NCBI RefSeq assembly: GCF_009914755.1
Contig: NC_060946.1
Source of the DNA: the human T2T-CHM13v2.0 reference genome, Homo sapiens
DNA length: 64,000 nt
Strand: one strand, 5' to 3'
The position numbers and the translations under genes were made by a program. Shown here piece after piece: positions 46,024 to 64,000 of the stretch; the first letter of the stretch is position 1; every line of letters starts with the position of its first letter. The notes beneath the pieces were generated by a model. It was not told the origin of the DNA. It was given only the letters and a program-made list of their open reading frames with translations, and searched no databases.

Positions 46024-46361
46024 GTGCGTGGGGCCAGCGACTGGGAGAGCGCGGGGAACCGGGGCTCGGGGTTGGGAGTGTGGAGACAGGGTGGTCATGG
46101 GGGTCTGTGGGCCGTCTGGAAGCCGGGCGGCGGGGGCTCTAGAGTCGTTGGGAGGTCGAGGGGCCAAAGCTTTGAGGGTGTCGAGGATATTGAGGGTGGG
46201 GACGGTCGTCGGGGAACTGCGGGCCCAAAGACTGAGGGGGTGTCAGGCGGGGGCTGGGGGTGAGCCCTTGGGGTCCCCTGGGACATGTTCTGGTCCCAGG
46301 GCGAGGGTCCGGGGTTCCGCGATTGACGGAGACCCTGGGTGTGTGGGGTGTCACTCCTCAG

Positions 46362-46558
46362 GCAGCGGCCAGCAATCGGTGACCGGCGTAGAGGCGTCGG
46401 ACGACGCCAATAGCTACTGGCGGATCCGCGGCGGCTCGGAGGGCGGGTGCCCGCGCGGGTCCCCGGTGCGCTGCGGGCAGGCGGTGAGGCTCACGCATGT
46501 GCTTACGGGCAAGAACCTGCACACGCACCACTTCCCGTCGCCGCTGTCCAACAACCAG
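46362..46558 (+). CDS. SDF2L1: SDF2L1 exon 2
   Basis: ctcag|GCAGC...AACCAG|gtgagc; GSGQQSVTGVEASDDANSYWRIRG...NLHTHHFPSPLSNNQ. Confidence 0.98.
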
Positions 46559-47393
46559 GTGAGCCCCTCCCGGAGCCCCCAGAGAGACTCCTGGCCTGTG
46601 TGAGGGGCCAGAGACAGAGCCCTGGGTTCCAATCCGAGCCTCAGCTTCTTCGTGAAATGGAAATTTCACTTCAGAGATGGTTACTGAGCGCCCCCTCGGG
46701 GGACACAGAGTAACTCCGCCAGGATCCTGCCCTCAGGTGCTCCCGGCCCGGCAGGGAGAACGACGGGAGAGAGATCCGGAGAGACACGCCTGGATAGCTC
46801 TTCCTCTGGTGGCAAGTGGGACCCAGGAGGGGAATCCACACAGCCTTGAGGGTGGGGAATAGGAAACTCCACTGGGGAGGAGGAACTCAGGCTAGATCTG
46901 AAAGGATGATTAGGAGTCCTACAAGCCACAAAGGGGAAAGAGAGACTTCCCAGGCCAGCAGAAGAGATTGTGCCAATGCATGGAGGTCATTGGAATTCAG
47001 GGGATTGGAATGGAACAGTGGGTGCCCTTGGGGAGCTGGTGGAAGAAAATGTTTGAGATAGATAGACAGCTTGACTGTTAGCCTGAGGGGCTGAATTTTA
47101 GGCTGAAGGTAGGTCAGAGGGGTTAGGACTGGGAAAATGTGGAGGAGGAGGCCTTAGCTCCGTGGGGACCAGTGGTCTCTGCACAGACAGATGCAATGGT
47201 GTGTGCATGTGTCTGAAGAGCCCATGCTGGGGAGGGAGTGCTAGAGGTTGCGGGGGCAGGTCATGGTGTCACCTTTTGCAGCTGTGGGAGCTGAGGCTCC
47301 AGGAAGGGTAGGGAAGAACCCGAGGCTCGGTGTACTAGGTGCGAATGCCGCCTTCTGTGGTGACCACTGTCTTCTCATCCTTTGCACCTATAG

Positions 47394-47675
47394 GAGGTGA
47401 GTGCCTTTGGGGAAGACGGCGAGGGCGACGACCTGGACCTATGGACAGTGCGCTGCTCTGGACAGCACTGGGAGCGTGAGGCTGCTGTGCGCTTCCAGCA
47501 TGTGGGCACCTCTGTGTTCCTGTCAGTCACGGGTGAGCAGTATGGAAGCCCCATCCGTGGGCAGCATGAGGTCCACGGCATGCCCAGTGCCAACACGCAC
47601 AATACGTGGAAGGCCATGGAAGGCATCTTCATCAAGCCTAGTGTGGAGCCCTCTGCAGGTCACGATGAACTCTGA
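47394..47675 (+). CDS. SDF2L1: SDF2L1 exon 3 ending in the HDEL ER-retention signal; product 221 aa
   Basis: tatag|GAGGTG...GHDEL*; 187+197+282 = 666 nt. Confidence 0.98.
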   Translation, partial: EVSAFGEDGEGDDLDLWTVRCSGQHWEREAAVRFQHVGTSVFLSVTGEQYGSPIRGQHEVHGMPSANTHNTWKAMEGIFIKPSVEPSAGHDEL

Positions 47676-47777
47676 GTGTGTGGATGGATGGGTGGATGGA
47701 GGGTGGCAGGTGGGGCGTCCGCAGGGCCACTCTTGGCAGAGACTTTGGGTTTGTAGGGGTCCTCAAGTGCCTTTGTG

Positions 47778-47783
47778 ATTAAA
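47778..47783 (+). terminator. SDF2L1: SDF2L1 poly(A) signal
   Basis: ATTAAA about 100 nt after the stop. Confidence 0.7.
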
Positions 47784-47959
47784 GAATGTTGGTCTATGAT
47801 TGCGTTTCACTGTGAGCCTGAGGATGACCAGGAGGTGCCAGCCCAGGCCCAGTTGATCATTTCTTCCTCAGTGCAAAACCTGTCTCCAGCCCAGCCTGAC
47901 TGCTGAATCTGTCCAAACCCTTTATTATTTTTTTTTCGGGGGGCGGAGGGGAGGTTTGC

Positions 47960-52415
<4,456 letters not shown>

Positions 52416-52469
52416 ATCGTTAAACTTCTTGAGGATCATCTACAAGTCTATCCATCTCTCCCATTACTC

Positions 52470-52907
52470 ATCTGACCTGAGAGGATTTGAATGGAAGTAT
52501 ATTGTTGGGAGGTGATTCCAGAAAATGCTGGCACAGAGGAATGGGGCTGTGAGAGGGGAAGGGAAAGAAGCTAGTGAAAGGTGCATTATTGAGCAAGTTA
52601 CCCCTGTGGGCAACTGGAGCTCAATCCCACTGGGGATCTCTGGGACCCAGTGCAGAACGTGCATCAAAGTTATCCCACCCAGCTGGGTGCAGTGGCTCTC
52701 ATGTGTAATCCCAGTACATTGGGAGACCAAGGCGGGCGGATCACTTGAAGCTAGGAGTTCAAGACCGGTCTGGCCAAGAAGGCGAAACCCCAGCTCTACT
52801 AAAAAAAAATACAAAAATTAACTGGGCATGGTGATGCATGCCCATAATCCCAGCTACTTGGGTGGCTGAGGCACTCCAGCCTGGGCGACAGAGTGAGAGT
52901 GTCTCAA

Positions 52908-52950
<43 letters not shown>

Positions 52951-53200
52951 AAGCTATTCCACTCAAGGGGCAAGGAAGTGAGGTACTTACCTCCCAAAGT
53001 AGTTTCCCTCACAGGCTGGGTCTGCTGAGTGGGTGGGGGGAGCCACTCTGTAGCACTTTGCACTGGCCTTGTACACTGGGTAAGGGACTCCTGAAGCCAG
53101 AATAAGGCCCCCAGGCTGAGCCTCAGGTGCTGGCCATGAGCATCCTTTCTGTAGAGGTAAGTGCCAAGGGGATATGGGTGGGGCACCAACAGGGTAGACT
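52470..53200. mobile_element. ERVL-type LTR remnant (LTR33-like) interrupted by an Alu with a (TAAA)n tail at 52906-52951
   Basis: GGATTTGAATGGAAGTATATTGTTGGGAGGTGATTCCAG...GTTACCCCTGTGGGCAACTGGAGCTCAATCCC. Confidence 0.55.
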
Positions 53201-53208
53201 ACATCCTA

Positions 53209-54407
<1,199 letters not shown>

Positions 54408-55279
54408 CCCTGCAAATCCAAGGGGGCACTCCTCTGGTCCAGCCCCAGCTCCTATGGGCTGTCAAAGCCCACTCCTCCCTCTCTGTCTATTCCCCCACCT
54501 CCGTTACCACACATAGGTAAGCAGTGAGGTGAGGAGTGTTGACCAAGAGGAACCCAACAGTGCACAAGTGGGAATCCCTGGGCAACCAAAGCCCATGCTG
54601 TGGGAGCAGATAAGATTGTTCCAGGCAGAATGCAGGACAAGGCCAAAAATAAAAACTGTAGTGGCAGCAGAACTCACTTTCAGTGAACACTTACTAAATG
54701 CCAGGTGCTGGGCCAACAATTTACACAGCATCTCATTTGCTGCTGGCAACAGCCAGCCCTATGGGGCAGGTTTGATTGCCATCTCAATTTTGCAAGAAGG
54801 CAACAGGGGTTCATAAAGATTCAAAACCACCTCTGCCTGCCTCAAAAACATTTGCTCTCAGCCATTGGACCGATAATAAAGCAGGAGGCGTTGCAGGGGC
54901 ACAGTTGTCTAAGCACAGCTGCTCCCTTCCCTCTAGGAGCCGTTCAACAGCCCGGTGATCAATATACTTCCTAGTCATCAGCGAAGGGTAGGCGCTTAAT
55001 GAATGCTTCTCCGCAAAGTGGATCACAATCACGAAGAAACCAAAGCTTACACTTCCGTTCCCCATATCTCCCACAGATCCAAAAGACCACGGGGCCCAGG
55101 ACCCGGTCTCCATAGCCCAGCCATACCCGGGGGTTTTCAGGAAAGCCTCACTCGCGTCCTGCCGGGCGATCCGGGGTGGTTGAGTTGGGAGGGGGGCTAC
55201 CCCAGTTTGGAAGCCCACCACGTCCAAATATCCCATCCAGGAGGCGCAGAGAGCAACCTCAGCATGCATAACAAAGCAG

Positions 55280-55822
55280 CCCGCGGCCGCGTTCACAGCA
55301 GGCTTGGCGGGGGTTCGGGAATTTCCACAGGGTCTCGGCCTCCCCCACTGTGGGCTCGCGCCTGGCGCCCCTCACCGGGCTTCCAAGCGCTCTTGTCGGT
55401 GTCGCTAGAAAACTCGCAGAGATTGGAGCTGAGAAAAGGCGGGCAAAGTTCCTTTTGATAAGTTATGAATGGGGAAAAAGTGTTTGTAGAACTCATTGTT
55501 AAAACCACGGAGCCCGAGACTCGGCCGGCGCCGGGCCAATCGGAACCCGGAGGCTATTTTGAAATCTCTCCCGTCTCAGCCAACAGGCATGCAGGAGGCG
55601 AATCCCCGCGCCAGCGCCGGCCAATGAGCGCAGCGCTATGCTAAGGAGTCGGGGGCCCGGCCCCTCCGACTGTCAGCGGGTTAAAGATGGAGCCGGCAGG
55701 CGAGGGGCCGCCACGAGGTGCAGGGTCGTCTGGACGGGGACCCGGGGGCAGACGATGGCCGGGATCCTCTTCCGTCTAACCCTCCGCGTCCTGACCGGGC
55801 CCTGGGCGGAAGGGATGTCTGC
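55280..55822 (+). promoter_or_regulatory. CpG-island promoter and probable first exon of the miR-301b/130b host transcript
   Basis: CpG-rich; CCAAT at 55536 and 55621, TTTGAA 55558-55563, GGGAATTTCC 55317-55326, donor GC|gtgagt at 55822/55823; lies about 0.7 kb upstream of the hairpins. Confidence 0.75.
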
Positions 55823-56471
55823 GTGAGTCAGCTGTGTCTGAGGAGGGGATCCTGGGCTGGGCTGGGCGGCCCTACTCGGCGGGTCAGGCGGAGGGGCGCG
55901 GCCGGGATCCCGGGGGCCCTCTTTGGAGCAGGGAACTCTAGAAGGGCGGGGAGCCCCCATCCTCTGCTCCACTCTGGGCCTCCAGGCAGAAGAATATGTT
56001 AGAAAAGAATCCAGAGTGTATCTAGTGCAGGGCAAGGGGCCAGGGATGGAGTCGTCAGCTAGAAGGGGCGCGTCGTCCCGGGGTGGGGCCGCCCTTTTTC
56101 TCCTGGAGCCGCGGGCCGAGTCAGGGCGCAGGGTCGTCGGGCTGTACCCACCCCGCTCCGGGCGCTAGCCGGCTTTGGACTGCGGCTGAGTGCGGGTTCG
56201 TCTTTGTGTGTGCGCCCCCTCCCCTGCGTGGCCCGTCAGCTCCTGCTCCGGGATTGGAACAACCCCCTAGTCTGGGGTTTCTCCTCCACCTCAATCCGGA
56301 GCGTTCTGGGAAAGGCCTGGGTGTCCTGGGTTCTGAAGACCCCAAGGACACACCCCGCTGCGGTCTCCTTCCCTGCCCGGATGGACTGGACGGGGGCTCT
56401 GCCCCACCCACCCATCCATGGTTGAGCTTCCCGCCCTGCGTGTATTGGGGGTGGTGGGGTCCCCCCTGCTG

Positions 56472-56549
56472 GCCGCAGGTGCTCTGACGAGGTTGCACTA
56501 CTGTGCTCTGAGAAGCAGTGCAATGATATTGTCAAAGCATCTGGGACCA
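56472..56549 (+). ncRNA. MIR301B: pre-miR-301b (3p CAGTGCAATGATATTGTCAAAGC 56516-56538; 5p 56481-56502)
   Basis: Hairpin with the AGUGCAA seed of the miR-130/301 family; matches the recalled hsa-mir-301b sequence. Confidence 0.98.
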
Positions 56550-56794
56550 GCCTTGGGGATCTCCCTCCCTACAACCCTCACCTCCCACTCCCCAGGCAGG
56601 GCCCCTTGGGCTTGCAGGCCCTCCCCTCCCCCCTACCCAATTCGCTCCCTTCTCCATGGAAACTTGAGATTCTAGACAGGCCTGGGCCTCTGGGGTCAGA
56701 GGGCACCCTTTCCCCCCGGGCAGAGGCCCCGCCCCAGCCAGCCTGCATTCCAGGTCTCAGATCCCTGCAGACCACCCTGGGGGAGGCACTGGCA

Positions 56795-56876
56795 GGCCTG
56801 CCCGACACTCTTTCCCTGTTGCACTACTATAGGCCGCTGGGAAGCAGTGCAATGATGAAAGGGCATCGGTCAGGTC
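56795..56876 (+). ncRNA. MIR130B: pre-miR-130b (3p CAGTGCAATGATGAAAGGGCAT 56845-56866; 5p 56807-56827)
   Basis: Hairpin ACTCTTTCCCTGTTGCACTAC...CAGTGCAATGATGAAAGGGCAT; matches the recalled hsa-mir-130b sequence. Confidence 0.98.
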
Positions 56877-57355
56877 CAGCCTGCTACCCTGGGAGGGGGA
56901 AAGGGAGCTTGCTGCCTCACTCCACTTTCCAGTTGAGAAGGTTGAGGTGCCCAGAGGGTAAGTGTTTCCACTGATTAGGCACAGATGTGAAGCTGGACTG
57001 GACCCTCCATCAGAGGATCAGGTGGGTGCAGAGCTGGAGAATCATCCCTAAACTCTCCATCCTGTCATGGCTGGACAGGTGCAGGAGCAGACCTCCCCAG
57101 CTTCTGAAAAGCTCTTGTTTGAAGGTCTTTCCACATTGGGTCCCTGGGGTAAGACTGGAACTCCAGGCCTGGTCAGGGTCTTAGGGGAAATACACGCCCA
57201 GTCTTTTGCATGGAAGATCATTCTAGGCCTGGCTTGGGCCCAGTCCTTGCTGGAAGCTTGAACAGGGCCAGGCTCTGGAGAGAATGTTCTTCTGGGTGGC
57301 AGTTGGGTAAGGGGGTAAGGCAGGCCTTTCAGGAGGCAGCCTTCACCCCAGGACG

Positions 57356-57427
57356 TCAGCTGGAGTGGTACTATGGACTGACCAGTTGACTGATCAGTTG
57401 AGTGGACTCAGCTGGAGTGGTACTATG
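57356..57427. repeat. Exact 20-bp direct repeat flanking a 32-bp spacer built of 12-bp units
   Basis: TCAGCTGGAGTGGTACTATG at 57356-57375 and 57408-57427; spacer GACTGACCAGTT-GACTGATCAGTT-GAGTGGAC. Confidence 0.9.
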
Positions 57428-57916
57428 TGAGATGGATGGGTGGACTTGGGATACAAAGCCTGCAAATGATGTCTACCAACCATGCCAGTTTGTTCTCTTA
57501 CAGAGAGGTGTGCCCTGAACCTGCAGGAGGGACTGAGGTGTCTAACATTCCAACCGTCCCAGCTGGAATACAGGGTTGGAGCTGAACTTCCAAGGAGCCT
57601 GACCCCAGGCATGCTTGGATGACCACCTCTACCATCAAGACCTGACACGGTGCAAAAGGTTTCTACGTGCCCAGTCACAGTCATTCAAATCTTCTTTAGA
57701 GGAGGACTAGGTTTCCAGATGGGCTTTTGGGAGTTCCCCTCATCCCTAGCTGGGCGCATTGGGAAACTGCTTTACCCCTACCCTGGGGAGAGAAGCCCTG
57801 GCACCCGTGGGAGGAACAGGGGCAATGACACATGCTCCTTGGCTTCCTAGTCCTGATCCCTTGGGGTTCCTTGATCCTAGGGTCATCTGACTTAGATCCA
57901 TCCTCCCTTCCTCTAG

Positions 57917-60445
<2,529 letters not shown>

Positions 60446-60466
60446 CACAGTGGGTGTGTTTTTCAG

Positions 60467-61944
60467 TCAGTTATGGGTTCTAATCAGGAACAAGAAGTGT
60501 GTAAGATCGTCCCAGATGAGACGGTGAAGCCAGGACCTTCAGAAACGCATTCGAGGGGCAAGAGGAAAAGGACAGCGAGGTGGAGCAGGAGGAACAGGAC
60601 ACTGAGGAGGGGCCGGAGATGCAGCGAGTACAGAGCAAACAAGTGGCTGTAAAGGGGAGGAGAGCGCAGAATCTGGGGAGGCCAATGGAGAGTGAAGGAG
60701 AGGGAGGAGGGTGAAAAGTCCGAACTAGAGGGGTTAGGGGCAGAGTGAAGTTCTCGGGGCGTTGCCTGGATGAGGCCCGGGAGGCTACAGACAGCGAGGA
60801 GGGGCGCCCGTCGGAGGGGACTAGGGGCCTGCCGAGAGGTGGGGACCTTAAAGAAGTTGCTGACCAACCACGTCCTCGGCGCAGCCAAGAGCCCGACCCG
60901 GGTCAAAGGCCCGATGGCCCCTGCGGAACTGGGCCAGGACCCGCGCAGCCGCGTTCGCCCCCTCGAGGTCGTGAGCGCGCGTGCCCAGAGCAACGGGCAT
61001 TGTCGCCTGAGGCAGGCGACTGGGGATTGGCCCCGCCCCCGGCTTCCGCGCGGATTGGCTGGGGCGGGGCGGCGCGGCTGCAGTAGGCTAGAGAGTCCGC
61101 ACCTGCGCCGCGGCCGTGGGGAGAGAGGGTGCGTCCCGGCAGTCCCGCACGACGGGCCCCGCCTCCCCTGGTGACCCCACGCTCCGGCCTCGGGGGGAGT
61201 GGCGGTCGGCGCGCCGAGACCCTCGGGAGCCCCGCCCAGACGCCTGCTCCGCTTCCAGGCCACCCGGGCTCTCCAGCCGCGCTCGCTCGTAGAGATCCTA
61301 GACGAGTTCGACAGCGAGGTCCCGCAGAGCAAGACCTGCCAGCAGATCTCCGAGGAGGACTTGGAGAGGCAGGCGGACACCTACACTGGGCGCGCGCTGC
61401 GCCTCCTCTTCCGCAGCCCCGTCCGCAACCCGTCGCTGGCGGAGAGGGTGGTACAATTGGAACAGCGCGGGCTCTCTTTTTTCCGGATGCGGCCGCGGGG
61501 CATGGGACCGGCTGGGCGGGAACTGTCACTACCCGGGTCCGCCGTCCCCTAGGAAAGAGCTCCGACGATTGGAGCTTTGGGGGCCGGGGATGGGGGTGGG
61601 GTGGAGAGGTCGCCGTCGGCCTAGCTGGGGCTGCAGGGTAGGATCTATCAGAAAGCCGAGGCTGCACAGCCTGGGGAGTGGAGCGGGCAGGCGTCTCACG
61701 CCCCGGACCTCCCCCTGCCCTGCCTCTCCTACTCTTGTTGCAGGCGAAGTTCTTCTGTGTTGTGCAGGCGGAGCTGAACCATTGCAACAGCATGGGCGCC
61801 CTGGAGATGCACGAGCAGGTGGAGCAGCTGAAGCAGAGCATCCACCGCGTGCACCTCTACTCCCGGGGCGAGGATCAACCTCTCCCCGTGCTGGGCCCTG
61901 GGCGGGGGTCTGAGCCCAGTGCAGCCAGGCCGAGGGCTAGGTGA
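60467..61944 (+). pseudogene. Putative unitary pseudogene: three coding-like exons (about 60467-61011, 61259-61486, 61744-61944) downstream of the miRNAs
   Basis: Polypyrimidine/AG acceptors at 60466, 61258 and 61743; phase-0 joins give a continuous peptide with strong GC3 bias; frameshift near 60520-60553, TGA at 60712, donors GC (61012) and AT (61487). Confidence 0.65.
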
Positions 61945-61950
61945 CCACCT
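60750..61950. promoter_or_regulatory. CpG island with an internal CCAAT/GC-box cassette (61026-61070)
   Basis: High CpG density; ATTGG at 61026 and 61054, CCCCGCCCCC 61031, GGGGCGGGGC 61061. Confidence 0.7.
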
Positions 61951-62257
61951 CCATTCTTCCGGTTGGATTTGCCCTCCTTGGATCAGGTTTTATCCAGAGC
62001 AGGAAGGGGCCTGGGCAGTCTGGACCTGGGAGGAGAGGCGCTGCCCCTAGCTAGATTATTTAGTTAGGAGACTGACTTCAGCTCTGCTACTTCCTTCCTG
62101 GCTGTGTGATCCTGAGCAAGTTGGGCCACCTTTCCGAGAGAGAGAGCCCTCACTGCTCACCTTGGTGAGTGTTTTGGAGTGGTGGATGAAGGCCTGTAGG
62201 TAGGGCTGGCTCAAGCAACCAAGCAAACCTGAATCAATTAAAAAAAAAAAAAAAAAA

Positions 62258-64000
<1,743 letters not shown>

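Noticed and set aside
45722-46603. 293-aa ORF across SDF2L1 intron 1
   Set aside because: GC-rich read-through that is only in frame with exon 2; non-ATG start
56933-56957. Apparent 25-nt exon (ttccag|...|gtaagt) after miR-130b
   Set aside because: The sequence resembles the MIR SINE core (CCATTTTACAGATGAGGAAACTGAGG...GTTAAGT); no evidence it is used
57356-57427. CRISPR-like repeat-spacer-repeat
   Set aside because: Only two repeats, the spacer is itself repetitive, the context is eukaryotic and there are no cas genes
56985-57610. Faint resemblance to SKA2 exon 2 peptides (e.g. ...ELENHP, LEYRVG)
   Set aside because: Too weak to support by eye; no consistent frame or splice sites
60484-61841. 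Minus-strand ORFs of 298 and 312 aa
   Set aside because: Non-ATG starts and Arg/Pro/Gly-rich; best explained as antisense shadows of GC-rich plus-strand coding-like exons

Overview
Primate (human-like) genomic DNA, extremely Alu-rich, recognisable as the chr22q11.21 UBE2L3-YDJC-CCDC116-SDF2L1-MIR301B/MIR130B interval. The window holds the last two exons and 3'UTR of UBE2L3 (+). It also holds three complete genes whose splice phases I checked by hand: YDJC (-, 5 coding exons, 323 aa), CCDC116 (+, 4 coding exons, 613 aa, plus a read-through 526-aa form) and SDF2L1 (+, 3 exons, 221 aa, ends HDEL). A CpG-island promoter near 55.3-55.8 kb precedes the miR-301b/miR-130b hairpins. The most interesting signal is at 60.47-61.94 kb: three coding-like exons on the + strand, compatible in phase, downstream of the miRNAs. 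They are broken by a frameshift, an in-frame stop and non-GT donors, and look like a recently disabled protein-coding host gene (unitary pseudogene) of the miRNA cluster. An internal promoter-like cassette and an intact 50-aa ORF survive inside it. Other notable items: a near-perfect 70-nt hairpin between inverted Alus, a diverged ~170-bp duplication beside UBE2L3 exon 3, a perfect ERSE-II in the SDF2L1 promoter, and CHR/NF-Y/E2F/NF-kB motifs in the miRNA promoter. Most ORFs in the supplied track are Alu-derived noise. Repeat subfamily calls and boundaries are by eye and approximate.
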